Shown: positions 43,627 to 53,315, counted from the first letter of the stretch. The stretch: 64,000 nucleotides of DNA from an uncultured Gammaproteobacteria bacterium (GCA_964345045.1 CAYFPM010000001.1:467784-531783), one strand, 5' to 3'. Notes: generated by a model from the letters alone, not told the origin. Translations and numbers: made by a program.

Positions 43627-44043
43627 TTAACCAAAAGCTAAAATAATTTGTGACATTATCACAAAACCAAATAGACTATAAAAATAATTTATAGCCCATA
43701 GATTACACTTGCGTCCAGCATATTTGTAATCTACCAAACTGGTAGTTGCCACAAACCCAACCCAAATCATACTTGCTACTTTGAATGCTTCTGCAGGGGT
43801 TGTTACTTGCAAAAGTATTATAAAATTTGCCAAAAAGAAAGCTGCGAGCAAAGATGTAACAAAGCTGGTGATATGAGCTGGTGTTTGTTCTTTCATTTTC
43901 TTTTTTACTTCTGCTTTGGACATATCCCCCATGCCCATAAGCTTTCGCCATTTTTGGCCAAACAGCATGTTTGACCACCAAATCATGCCAAACAAAACAT
44001 TGGCAATAGCAGCTACCAAGACTGCCAAAAAATTTACTTCCAT
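43627..44043 (-). CDS. DUF1761-family membrane protein
   Basis: ORF to 44079; likely start MEVNFLAVLVAAIANVLFGMIWWSNMLFGQKW, matching the DUF1761 N-terminal pattern; 4 TM. Confidence 0.5.
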   Translation of the reverse strand: MEVNFLAVLVAAIANVLFGMIWWSNMLFGQKWRKLMGMGDMSKAEVKKKMKEQTPAHITSFVTSLLAAFFLANFIILLQVTTPAEAFKVASMIWVGFVATTSLVDYKYAGRKCNLWAINYFYSLFGFVIMSQIILAFG

Positions 44044-44079
44044 ATTTTTTGTGTTAAGATTAAAAAATACTTTTAACAA

Positions 44080-45231
44080 TTATTTTTGCGGTTCAAACAC
44101 ACCTACAGAATCTTCTATTTTTATAACGGTTTCATCTTCTTCGTCTTCTATATCAAATATTTGCAACAAAACATCTCTCAAGTGATTTACCTTTTTATCT
44201 ATCGATTTGCCTTGATCCTTGGTCATATATATCCTTTTATTTATCTCCATAGAAAAAATAAATACATCCGGAAATCTGTGTTTGAACCATTGCAAAATAC
44301 CGCCACCACCAAATGGTTTATTCCTTTGTACATCATCACACCCCAATCTCTTCATTTTGTTTTGCATACTTCTTACTACCGGCATATAAAAATTGGGGAT
44401 ATGTTCTGTGCCAAAACTAATATCTGGTCTATCTTCACTATCTTTCATAGAATGCCCATCAAATATGATATTAAATCTATATGTTTCGATCAATCTTTCT
44501 AAAGCAAAATAAAACTCATCATAACTATCCAAAAGTTTTTCTTTTTCCTTCTTGCTCAAAGGTTCTTTCCAAAATTTTTCTACCCACTTTTCGGAATTGT
44601 TTTCGTATATGGCTCTGTCCCGCGGTCTATTGAAATCACAGGCAAATCTAGATTGTTTGGTATTGATCCAAATCCCATTTTTTTTCAAAACCAAATCCCC
44701 GTAAATTAGATTAGTATCGGTATCTTCTATCAAAGATTTTTGTTTGGCAGATATGTTTTGTTTTTTCTGGATTTCTTTTGGAACCAATTCTCCAGAATGT
44801 ATAGTCAACAAAAGAAGATTAAAACTATTTTTTTTGTAATTATCGTAAATAATAACCCCCCTTTTTGTAATAGTAACTTTTACTTCGTTATTTTTTTCGT
44901 AAACCCATTCTATCTCTTGTTTGACTGCTCTATATGTATCCAAATCTACAAAAAAATGCTTAAAATACGACTTGTTCCTATCTCTATAAAATTCATGCAA
45001 ATTTCCATTCAAAAACTTACCCAAAACTTTGTAATGTTTTAGGGCGCTAATAAAATTTAGATACGGATCATCTTCTATTCTTTTTGTTAATTTTTGTATT
45101 AGATCAAATAGAAAAAACCTTTTGGATATACCTACAGTAAGAGAAGTTAAACTAGGATTAATTACTATAGGACTAATCGTCTCAAATAACATTTTTAACT
45201 CTTTTATTTTGTCTGTTTTTTTAGTTGGCAT
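44080..45231 (-). CDS. N-formylglutamate amidohydrolase (FGase)-family zinc hydrolase homolog with N-terminal extension
   Basis: 383 aa; LLLTIHSGELVP and NIIFDGHSM resemble the conserved HSG...P and D-x-HSM motifs of the FGase family (PF05013). Confidence 0.4.
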   Translation of the reverse strand: MPTKKTDKIKELKMLFETISPIVINPSLTSLTVGISKRFFLFDLIQKLTKRIEDDPYLNFISALKHYKVLGKFLNGNLHEFYRDRNKSYFKHFFVDLDTYRAVKQEIEWVYEKNNEVKVTITKRGVIIYDNYKKNSFNLLLLTIHSGELVPKEIQKKQNISAKQKSLIEDTDTNLIYGDLVLKKNGIWINTKQSRFACDFNRPRDRAIYENNSEKWVEKFWKEPLSKKEKEKLLDSYDEFYFALERLIETYRFNIIFDGHSMKDSEDRPDISFGTEHIPNFYMPVVRSMQNKMKRLGCDDVQRNKPFGGGGILQWFKHRFPDVFIFSMEINKRIYMTKDQGKSIDKKVNHLRDVLLQIFDIEDEEDETVIKIEDSVGVFEPQK

Positions 45232-45552
45232 AATTTTTTTTCTGCAAGAAATAATATCTTTCTTCTATAATTTTCAAATTATACTGCTTGGTTTTTAATA
45301 AATTTTTCTGCATATTTTTATACCCCTAATATTACTACAAAAGCGTTGATAATTAAAATAAACTTATTCAAAAAATCAAAGCCTTTGTTTTGCTCTAAAA
45401 TCCACAGATATAGGACAAAATCTTGACAATTACCCTAAATTGTACTATATGCTCTTATCGTCGCAGACTATGTGAGAGCTATACCTAGCTTTGACATGGC
45501 CTGCGAGCCAAAAAACAGAGGCAAAAACGCCTCCAAGAAGGAGTCACAAAAA

Positions 45553-45921
45553 ATGAAGGTCCTAATAGTAGACGACAGCCGTGCCATGCGAGCGATTATC
45601 CAGAGAACGCTACGGCAGGCAGGGTTCAACATCCAGATCAAAGTCGTCGAGGCAACCAACGGCCGAGAAGGACTGGAGAAGGTCGCGAAGGAATCGCCTG
45701 ACCTAATTCTGTCCGACTGGAACATGCCGGAAATGAACGGCCTGGAGTTCCTCCAGGCGCTACGCCGTGATGGCAACGAAACCATCTTTGGCTTCGTCAC
45801 CTCGCTCGCCACGCCGGCGATGCAGAGGGAGGCGACCTCTTCGGGGGCTTCGTTCTACATCACCAAGCCGTTCCGTGAGCAGATCTTCAAATCTGTCTTG
45901 GAGCCGTACTTCAACGGCTAG
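45553..45921 (+). CDS. single-domain CheY-like response regulator (GC-rich orphan)
   Basis: ORF from 45472; likely start MKVLIVDDS, preceded by AAGGAG 11 nt upstream. Receiver residues DD (N-terminus), D in LILSDWNMP, T in FGFVTS, K in YITKPF. About 55% GC. Confidence 0.7.
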   Translation: MKVLIVDDSRAMRAIIQRTLRQAGFNIQIKVVEATNGREGLEKVAKESPDLILSDWNMPEMNGLEFLQALRRDGNETIFGFVTSLATPAMQREATSSGASFYITKPFREQIFKSVLEPYFNG

Positions 45922-45930
45922 GCCCTAGAC

Positions 45931-45971
45931 GAGTAGGCGGTGACCGCACATATCGTGGTCACCGCCTACTC
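45931..45971 (+). terminator. perfect 15-bp GC-rich hairpin immediately after the response-regulator stop (no U-tract)
   Basis: GAGTAGGCGGTGACC-(11 nt)-GGTCACCGCCTACTC. Confidence 0.45.
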
Positions 45972-45999
45972 CCAAATTCTCAAATAATAATTACTACTT

Positions 46000-46027
46000 A
46001 AAAAAACAGCTTTATAGCTGTTTTTTC
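46000..46027. terminator. bidirectional rho-independent terminator
   Basis: A-run, CAGCT-TTAT-AGCTG, T-run; between the regulator (+) and tRNA-Ser (-). Confidence 0.6.
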
Positions 46028-46046
46028 GAACCTATCCCGATAAGAG

Positions 46047-46131
46047 CGGAGAGGACAGGATTCGAACCTGCGAAGGCTTGCACCTTACACGCTTTCCAAG
46101 CGTGCTCCTTAAACCACTCGGACACCTCTCC
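46047..46131 (-). tRNA. tRNA-Ser(GGA)
   Basis: Minus strand: GGAGAGG-TG-TCCG-AGTGGTTTAA-GGAG-C-ACGCT...; anticodon stem CACGC/GCGTG with loop TTGGAAA (anticodon GGA); long variable arm; T arm GCAGG-TTCGAAT-CCTGT; acceptor 3' CCTCTCC-G. Confidence 0.8.
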
Positions 46132-46178
46132 GCCCTGATCGGGACGCACTAGACCACTATGCCTGCCCTGCCGCAGCT

Positions 46179-46964
46179 TTAGCGGAGGCGGGCGAACCTT
46201 CCTTTTTTAATCTTTTGGAAAAAATTAATCCCCAAAAACACGAGAAGAATACTAAAATATTGAGCTGGCGTCAAGCCAAGGTATCTGGCATCGGCCTCTG
46301 CAATGTCCCTAGCTCGAAAAAAATCCAAGACAAAACGAAGTACTCCATAATAAACAAACAAGACAGACAAAAACCAACCAGCTGGTTTTTTCTTTTTTCT
46401 AGAAATAAAAAAGAGTATTGCCAATGGAATTAAAAAAATAATTTCCAAAAGAGCCATTTCTAATCTAGGTCCATCCGGAGTATTTATTGCCAAAAAACAA
46501 TTACATTTCATACCCAAATGATCGTGGATACTAAAACACCCTACTCTACCTAGCATCCAACCATACACAGCCCCAAAAGCTAACAAATCTGCAATTTTTA
46601 TTAGTCTAGAATTGTTATAATTAATTTTTTTAAATTTTATATAAAACAAAACAGCAGCAATAGCCCCAAACAATCCCCCAAAGGACGACAGCCCACCATG
46701 CCAAATTTTGAATAATTCTCCTGGATTTTGCCAAAAGAAAGTTAATTCATAAAAAAAGATATGGAATAATCTGGCTCCCACTACTCCACCAACTACTGCC
46801 CAAATAGCAATGTCGAGCATTTGTTCTTTATTCTCTTTGTAAAAATCAGCTCTTTTGGCAATTATAATCATAGACAAAATCATGCCCAGAGCTACAAAAA
46901 ATCCCCACACTTGTATAGGAAGACCAAAAAAATTAAATTCTGTAAATTTAAACCAAGGCAACAT
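46179..46964 (-). CDS. lgt: prolipoprotein diacylglyceryl transferase
   Basis: 261 aa; conserved ...GGVVGARLFH..., IWHGGLSSFGG, and MLGRVGCF regions of Lgt. Confidence 0.85.
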   Translation of the reverse strand: MLPWFKFTEFNFFGLPIQVWGFFVALGMILSMIIIAKRADFYKENKEQMLDIAIWAVVGGVVGARLFHIFFYELTFFWQNPGELFKIWHGGLSSFGGLFGAIAAVLFYIKFKKINYNNSRLIKIADLLAFGAVYGWMLGRVGCFSIHDHLGMKCNCFLAINTPDGPRLEMALLEIIFLIPLAILFFISRKKKKPAGWFLSVLFVYYGVLRFVLDFFRARDIAEADARYLGLTPAQYFSILLVFLGINFFQKIKKGRFARLR

Positions 46965-46969
46965 TTTTG

Positions 46970-48343
46970 TTATATCTTATGATGATTATTAAACTTGTGT
47001 TGGCTTTCAATTACTTTCAAAACTCCATCTACATCATCTACAATTTGATACAATTCGTCGTCTTCATCTGAAATTGTTTTTTTGCCATGAACTAGGACTT
47101 CCTTTATATAATTGTGCAAAGGTTGCCAAAAAGCATGGTCTACCAAGATTACCGGAACTTTTGGCATTTTGAAAGTTTGGATAAGTGTAAGTACTTCAAA
47201 AAGTTGATGCAAGGTACCAAGACCACCAGGGAAAAACACAAAAGCTTTGGTAGGAGCAGTTACAATTAATTTTCGAGTAAATGGAAAATCAAATTGAATA
47301 GACCTATTCATATAAGCATTCAAATCACTCCTTTTTCCTACCTTCATACCAATTCCAATAGATTTACCTCCATGCTCAAAAGCACCTTTGTTGGCTGCTT
47401 CGGCTACCCCGTTTTTACCACCTGTTACTACGGAAAATTTATTTTTGGTCAATTCCTTGCCCAAATCATAAGCCAAATCATAATAAGGAGTTTCTTCTAA
47501 AATGCTCTTGGTTCCAAGCACAGTAACTGCATCTTTCATACCAGTTACAAACTCAAAACCTTCTACCAACTCGGCCATAACTCGAAAAATCTTCCAATCA
47601 ATATTACCTTCGCAATGAAAATTATTTGGAGAAAGATCGCAACTTTTATCTATATCTTCTACATGTTTTACAATTTCGTAGGCTTCTTCGGCACTATCCA
47701 CTATATGCCAGGTAGATATTTGCTCAAGAGTAATAGAACCAACAGTATCACACTGAGAAGCCAAAAAATCTATAAGAGGTTGCCAAAAACTTTTGCCTAC
47801 CAAAACAATTGGTACTTTGGTAAGCATTTTTAATTCCATCAAATCTGCCACTTCAAAAAATTCATCTAATGTTCCAAAACCTCCTGGGAAAAACACAAAA
47901 GCATTGGCCGGAGAGGTCAGCATGACTTTTCTAGTAAAAAAATAATGAAAAGCCGTAGATTTTTTTACATAGGGATTTATTCGTTGCTCAAATGGAAGTT
48001 GAATATTTAAACCAACCGATTCTCCCTTGGCTTCAAAGGCTCCTCGATTGGCAGCCTCCATAATTCCTGGTCCTCCACCGGTAATAGTGGTAAAACCACC
48101 TTTGGCTAGTAGTGCCCCAAATTTTTTAGCTTCTTCATAACAGTCTTCTTTTTCTTCTATTCTGGCAGAGCCAAATATAGTAACTTCATTTTTCAGAGTT
48201 GCCAAAAAATTATAGCCTTCTACTAACTCGGCCATAACCCGAAAAATTCTCCAGGTATCTCTATAATCTTCAAATTCATGAATCGGATGCATTACATCTT
48301 TGTCAGATTGTTCTTTTAATTTTTGGAGAGTTTTTTCGTCCAT
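46970..48343 (-). CDS. tandem-duplicated LOG-family (TIGR00730; Rossmann-fold nucleotide N-ribohydrolase-like) protein
   Basis: 457 aa with two homologous roughly 190-aa halves. Each has ...GGGPGIMEAANRGA.../...GGKNGVAEAANKGA... and the PGGFGTLDEFFE / PGGLGTLHQLFE motif characteristic of LOG/YgdH(PpnN)-like proteins. Confidence 0.6.
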   Translation of the reverse strand: MDEKTLQKLKEQSDKDVMHPIHEFEDYRDTWRIFRVMAELVEGYNFLATLKNEVTIFGSARIEEKEDCYEEAKKFGALLAKGGFTTITGGGPGIMEAANRGAFEAKGESVGLNIQLPFEQRINPYVKKSTAFHYFFTRKVMLTSPANAFVFFPGGFGTLDEFFEVADLMELKMLTKVPIVLVGKSFWQPLIDFLASQCDTVGSITLEQISTWHIVDSAEEAYEIVKHVEDIDKSCDLSPNNFHCEGNIDWKIFRVMAELVEGFEFVTGMKDAVTVLGTKSILEETPYYDLAYDLGKELTKNKFSVVTGGKNGVAEAANKGAFEHGGKSIGIGMKVGKRSDLNAYMNRSIQFDFPFTRKLIVTAPTKAFVFFPGGLGTLHQLFEVLTLIQTFKMPKVPVILVDHAFWQPLHNYIKEVLVHGKKTISDEDDELYQIVDDVDGVLKVIESQHKFNNHHKI

Positions 48344-48353
48344 AAAATAATTA

Positions 48354-49802
48354 TTATTTTGCTAAACCTTGCAAGACTTTTTCTAAATTGTAACCAACTT
48401 GCATAATTCTAGATTCTTGCATTCTAGGACCAATTATTTGCAAACCAATAGGCAAACCAGATTTGGTAAAACCACTTGGCATAGATATAGCCGGCAAACC
48501 GGCAACAGAAGCTGGTGCCACAAATACATCGGCCAAATACATCTCTAGTAAATTGTCTTTTTTTTCTCCCAGACCAAAAGCAGGAAAAGGCGAAGTAGGT
48601 GTAACCAATATATCTACAGAGTTAAAAACTCGTTCAAAATCTTGCTTTATCAAAGTTCTAACTTTTTGGGCTTTTTTGTAATAAGCATCGTAGTAACCCG
48701 CAGACAAACTATATGTACCTACCATAATTCTTCTTTTAACTTCTTCTGGGAAACCTTTGGCTCTAGATTCTGTATATATTTGGTACAAATTTTCGGCTTC
48801 GTCACTTCTTACTCCATACCTAATTCCGTCCAATCTAGCCAAATTGGAACTATCTTCACTAGGTACTACAATATAATAAACAGGTATAGCATATTTGGTA
48901 TAAGGGAGTGAAACATCTACCACTTGGCAGCCTGATTTTTTTAGTTGTTCTACAGCATCCATTACATTTTTTCTCACTTCTTCGTCTAGGCCTTCTAGAT
49001 GGAAATATTCTTTTGGAATCCCAACTCTAAGACCGGCAAAATCTTTTTTGATTTCTTTGGTATATTTTGGAACAGAATCTGAAACAGTAGTAGCGTCTTT
49101 TGGGTCTACCCCAGCAATAACCTCCATTACCATAGCCATATCTTCTATAGTTTTGGTCATAGGCCCTACTGTATCTAGAGAAGATGCCATAGGCATAATG
49201 CCATAACGAGAATTGCGACCATAACTAGGACGCAACCCCACTACTCCACACAAACTGGCTGGCTGACGAATAGAACCTCCAGTATCCTCGGCAATAGAAA
49301 AAATACACTGATTATCTGCTACAGCTGCTGCCGAGCCTCCGCTACTACCACCGGCGACCTTGGTCTTGTCGTGTGGATTGTGTACAGGTCCATACATAGA
49401 ATTCTCATTGCTAGCTCCATGACCAAAAGCATCACAATTTTGTTTGCCTACCAAAATCCCACCTTCTTCATTTATCTTGTTTATAACAGTAGCTTCAAAT
49501 GGAGGTTTGTAATTATCCAAAATTTTGGCAGCTCCGGTAGAGCGTACATCTTCTGTACATATAGCATCTTTGGCTCCAAAAGGAATACCTGTAAGCAAAC
49601 TAGATTTACCAGCAGATATTAGATTGTCGGCTTCTTTTGATCTTGCCAAGGCCAAATCTTTGTTAATGCTAATAAAAGCATTGATATCATCATTATCTGC
49701 TTCAATTTTTTCGAGGCAAGCTTTTGTTAATTCTGTAGCCGAAAATTGTTTGTTGTCCAAACCTTTTCTAGCTTCTCCAATTGTAAGTTCGTTCAAAATC
49801 AC
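48354..49802 (-). CDS. gatA: Glu-tRNA(Gln)/Asp-tRNA(Asn) amidotransferase subunit A
   Basis: 482 aa amidase-signature enzyme: GGSSGGSAAAVA, catalytic Ser-cisSer-Lys context. Confidence 0.9.
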   Translation of the reverse strand: MILNELTIGEARKGLDNKQFSATELTKACLEKIEADNDDINAFISINKDLALARSKEADNLISAGKSSLLTGIPFGAKDAICTEDVRSTGAAKILDNYKPPFEATVINKINEEGGILVGKQNCDAFGHGASNENSMYGPVHNPHDKTKVAGGSSGGSAAAVADNQCIFSIAEDTGGSIRQPASLCGVVGLRPSYGRNSRYGIMPMASSLDTVGPMTKTIEDMAMVMEVIAGVDPKDATTVSDSVPKYTKEIKKDFAGLRVGIPKEYFHLEGLDEEVRKNVMDAVEQLKKSGCQVVDVSLPYTKYAIPVYYIVVPSEDSSNLARLDGIRYGVRSDEAENLYQIYTESRAKGFPEEVKRRIMVGTYSLSAGYYDAYYKKAQKVRTLIKQDFERVFNSVDILVTPTSPFPAFGLGEKKDNLLEMYLADVFVAPASVAGLPAISMPSGFTKSGLPIGLQIIGPRMQESRIMQVGYNLEKVLQGLAK

Positions 49803-49881
49803 AAAAATTATCCAAAATTAATAGTCATTCAATATTATTACAAAAACAAAAATCTGCGTAATCTATAAAAAATCAGTGCAA

Positions 49882-50178
49882 TCAGTCCTTAAATACAGCT
49901 TTTACTTTCAAAAATTCACCTAACTTTTCTGGGAATTGTTTTATTAATTTCATTCTGGTTTCCGGATCACATTCTACTACTACATCTTCTCGAAAAACAT
50001 TATCCAATCCTGTAACTTGGCAAGTCTCTTCTACCCCATTAGTTTCTACTTCTGAAAGAGTCTCTACATAATCAAAAATTACCGAAAGTTCTCCGGCATA
50101 TTTTTCTTTTTCTTTATCATTTAGCTTTAATCTAGCCAAATCTGCCACAACTTCAATTGTTTCAATATCTATTTTTGA
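49882..50178 (-). CDS. gatC: Glu-tRNA(Gln)/Asp-tRNA(Asn) amidotransferase subunit C
   Basis: ORF to 50223; likely start MSKIDIETIEVVADLARLKL; typical GatC length and sequence. Confidence 0.8.
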   Translation of the reverse strand, partial: SKIDIETIEVVADLARLKLNDKEKEKYAGELSVIFDYVETLSEVETNGVEETCQVTGLDNVFREDVVVECDPETRMKLIKQFPEKLGEFLKVKAVFKD

Positions 50179-50310
50179 CATACTCATTATGCTCATTTTA
50201 CCTAGAAAAATAAGATCTGACAAGGATTCCCTTCTATTTATCTAAAAACAAACTCGCTTTTGCAAGTCTGTTTATTTTTTTAACTACAATTTACATGATA
50301 AAATATTTCT

Positions 50311-50389
50311 GTCCGCGTAGCTCAGCCAGGTAGAGCGCTCAGTCTACTAAACGAAGCAGAGGTCGTCGGTTCAAATCCGATCGCGGACA
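50311..50389 (+). tRNA. tRNA-like gene with canonical acceptor, D and T arms but a non-canonical, 5-nt-expanded anticodon region (identity undetermined; possible pseudo-tRNA)
   Basis: GTCCGCG-TA-GCTC-AGCCAGGTA-GAGC ... GTCGG-TTCAAAT-CCGAT-CGCGGAC-A. The 27 nt between the D stem and T stem (GCTCAGTCTACTAAACGAAGCAGAGGTC) cannot be folded into a 5-bp anticodon stem with a 7-nt loop. GCTCAG occurs twice (50320-50325 and 50337-50342). Confidence 0.45.
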
Positions 50390-50401
50390 TCTCTCTAAAA
50401 A

Positions 50402-52459
50402 CTACCCGACTAATTTTAAAAACTCCGTTTCTGACAAAATATTTACTCCCAATTGCTTGGCTTTGGCAAATTTACTACCAGGATTTTCTCCTACAATCAC
50501 ATAATCTGTTTTTTTGCTAACAGAGCCAGACACGTCTCCCCCTTTTTCACGAATTTTTTCTTTGGCTTCGTCTCTACCCAAAGACTGCAAAGTCCCTGTC
50601 AATACAAAAATCTTTCCAGATAACTTTTTATTTTTAGTTTTTGATTTTTGGTTTTTTACAACTATCCCGGCTTTTAACAAATTATTTATTAATCTTTGAT
50701 TATCAATATCTTGAAAAAATTCAAAAATAGATTCGGCTACTTTTGGACCAACATCGTCAACTTGTTCCAATTCTTCTTGACTTGCTCCCATTAGATTATC
50801 TATATTTTCAAAATTATCTGCCAATCGAACAGCTGTCTCTTCTCCAACTTGATTAATACCAAGTGAAAATACAAATCTAGATAAGGTTATACTTTTTGAC
50901 TTTTCTATAGCTTCTATTAAATTTTCAGCAGATTTTTCTGCAAATCTTTCAAGAGGTTCTAGATCTCCTTTTTTAAGATTAAAAATATCAGCCACATCTT
51001 TTATCAAACCACACTCTACCAATTGTTCTACAATTTTTTTACCAAGGCCATCTATATTAAAAGCTTTTTTGGCTACAAAATGAATAATTCTGTTTAATTC
51101 TTGTGCATAGCATTTGGAATTGGAGCAAAACAAAGCTGCAGAAATAGCTCCCTTTTTACTACTTACATTTTTTCTAATTACATCCGATTTACAAATTGGA
51201 CATTTTTTTGGCTCTTTAACTTTTTTCTCTTCACCTGTTCTCATTTTATCCAAAACTTTGACTACCTTTGGGATAATGTCCCCGGCCTTTTCTACCACCA
51301 CAGTATCCCCAATTTTTATTCCCAATCTTTTTATTTCATCAAAATTATGCAAAGTAGCGTGTGTTACAGTGGTCCCTGCCAAATAAACTGGTTCCATAAA
51401 AGCTACAGGGGTAAGCGCTCCGGTTCTACCCACTTGAACATAAATATCTTTTATTTTGCTAATCCCTTCTTCGGCAGCAAATTTTAGAGCTATAGCCCAT
51501 CGCGGAGCTTTGCCTGTAAAACCCAAAATGTCTTGATATTCTTTACTATTAACTTTTATAACAACACCATCTACCCAAAAAGGTCTGGAATGTTTTTCTT
51601 TTTCCCATTTTTTCCAAAAAGAAATAATTTTTTCTAAGCTATTTGTTTTTAGCCAATTATTATCGGTAAGAAATCCCAGATCTTTGAGAGTTTCTAGTTC
51701 ACCAGCTTGATCTTTGGTAGCTTTTTCTACAAATTTTTCCGGCAAAGAAATATCTCTATCTACTTTTGATATATCATAAGCAGTAAAAGACAAACCTCTT
51801 TTGGCCACAATATTTGGATCTAGCTGTCTTATAGTACCGGCAGCTACATTTCTAGGATTAGCATATTTTGTTTGGCCTTTTTCTTCTCTTTCTTTATTTA
51901 TCTTGTCTAGCAAAGCGCCAGAAAGCCAGATTTCTCCCTCTACAACTCCGGAAAAAGGTTTTTTGAGACGCAGTGGTACAGATTGAATAGTTCGTACATT
52001 TTGAGTTACATCTTCTCCCACTTTGCCGTCTCCTCTTGTAGCAGCATTTACCAATTCTCCATTTTTGTAAGTCAAAACTGCATGTAGACCATCTATCTTT
52101 AATTCTGCGGTATAAACAATTTCTTTATCCCCCAAATGAAACTCTTTTTCTAAAAATTTTTTTACCCGATCTTGCCAATTTTTTAAATCTGTTTCATCAA
52201 AAGCGTCATTAAAAGACCACTGTGGTACAGTGTGCTTAATTTTTTTAAACTTATCGAGAGGCTTACCTGCCACCCGCTGAGTAGGAGAATTTTTATCTAC
52301 CAAATTTGGATATTTTTCTTCTATTTTTCTCAGTTCATCCATCAGCCCCTCGTACATTTTATCTGTTACTTCCGGATCATTTTTTACATGATATCTATAA
52401 CGCAAATCATCTATTTGTTCTCTTAATCTTTTTACTTTTTGTTTTAATTCTTTATTCAT
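50402..52459 (-). CDS. ligA: NAD-dependent DNA ligase
   Basis: ORF to 52480; likely start MNKELKQKVKRLREQIDDLRYRYHV. Adenylation motif KIDGLHAV (K-x-DG), OB fold, Zn-finger C-x2-C...C-x-C, HhH and BRCT regions. Confidence 0.9.
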   Translation of the reverse strand: MNKELKQKVKRLREQIDDLRYRYHVKNDPEVTDKMYEGLMDELRKIEEKYPNLVDKNSPTQRVAGKPLDKFKKIKHTVPQWSFNDAFDETDLKNWQDRVKKFLEKEFHLGDKEIVYTAELKIDGLHAVLTYKNGELVNAATRGDGKVGEDVTQNVRTIQSVPLRLKKPFSGVVEGEIWLSGALLDKINKEREEKGQTKYANPRNVAAGTIRQLDPNIVAKRGLSFTAYDISKVDRDISLPEKFVEKATKDQAGELETLKDLGFLTDNNWLKTNSLEKIISFWKKWEKEKHSRPFWVDGVVIKVNSKEYQDILGFTGKAPRWAIALKFAAEEGISKIKDIYVQVGRTGALTPVAFMEPVYLAGTTVTHATLHNFDEIKRLGIKIGDTVVVEKAGDIIPKVVKVLDKMRTGEEKKVKEPKKCPICKSDVIRKNVSSKKGAISAALFCSNSKCYAQELNRIIHFVAKKAFNIDGLGKKIVEQLVECGLIKDVADIFNLKKGDLEPLERFAEKSAENLIEAIEKSKSITLSRFVFSLGINQVGEETAVRLADNFENIDNLMGASQEELEQVDDVGPKVAESIFEFFQDIDNQRLINNLLKAGIVVKNQKSKTKNKKLSGKIFVLTGTLQSLGRDEAKEKIREKGGDVSGSVSKKTDYVIVGENPGSKFAKAKQLGVNILSETEFLKLVG

Positions 52460-53235
52460 TATAAAAATGCTAAGTACCAATCTAAAATATTTTTACCCCA
52501 AAACATGGTTATAATTGTCCCCAAAACCAAATATGTCCCAAAGGCAGTTTCGCCTTTCCAAGTTTTTTTCTTTAGTATAATTTGAATCACACTAAAAATT
52601 GCTCCTAGGACATAAGCCAAAATGAGAGCAACCAGTACCAATGGCCAGCCCAAAATTGTTCCCATAAGAATTCCATAACGAACATCTCCCCCACCTATCC
52701 AAGTACCTTTTGATAAAATATACATCAGAAAGAAAAAACCAGCCCCAACCAAAATTCCCAAAAGCATAGAATCCCAACTATGCCAACCAAAACCAATAGA
52801 AATTACAAACAAAAATATACTTAAAGTAACGGTGGTAAAAGTAAGAATTTCTCTATAATAAAGATCATAAAGAAATATAAAAGTTAAAAAAACAATTAGC
52901 ATCCAATCTCTAATCATTTCTGGGTTCATACTCCAAGCCATAGGTTTGTGATATATGCTTATACCCAAAAAAGCCAATCCCATCCATATCTCCACAATTG
53001 GATAATTTTTGTTTATTCTGCACTTACAATTTCGACATTTCCCAAGCAAAGTAAGATAACTAAAAACAGGAACATTATCGTACCACTTTATTTGGTATCT
53101 ACAGTCTGGACACATGGATCTCGAACGACTAATACTTATATTCTCCCTAGTCCTCCAAACCCAAGCATTAACAAAGCTGCCAAAAGCAGAACCTGCTAAA
53201 AAAATTATTATTTTGTAAATTATATCCATACCCAA
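52459..53235 (-). CDS. pilD: type IV prepilin peptidase (A24 family) PilD
   Basis: 258 aa; N-terminal tetracysteine CPDCRY...CRNCKCRI; conserved Asp-containing TM loops (ISKGTWIGGGDVRYGILMG). Confidence 0.8.
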   Translation of the reverse strand: MGMDIIYKIIIFLAGSAFGSFVNAWVWRTRENISISRSRSMCPDCRYQIKWYDNVPVFSYLTLLGKCRNCKCRINKNYPIVEIWMGLAFLGISIYHKPMAWSMNPEMIRDWMLIVFLTFIFLYDLYYREILTFTTVTLSIFLFVISIGFGWHSWDSMLLGILVGAGFFFLMYILSKGTWIGGGDVRYGILMGTILGWPLVLVALILAYVLGAIFSVIQIILKKKTWKGETAFGTYLVLGTIITMFWGKNILDWYLAFL

Positions 53236-53271
53236 TTAAATATGTTGCTCCTTATAATTATAGCAGTTTGG

Positions 53272-53300
53272 CAAAAGAAAAAAACCCCCTGTCGGAGGTT
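53272..53300 (-). terminator. rho-independent terminator after the pilin gene
   Basis: A-run, ACCCCCTGTCGGAGGTT imperfect hairpin, T-run (on the minus strand the T-run follows the stem). Confidence 0.5.
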
Positions 53301-53315
53301 TTTTTGTGACTATTT

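Noticed and set aside
45468-45812. 114-aa minus-strand ORF
   Set aside because: Antisense to the CheY-like regulator in GC-rich DNA; no motifs.
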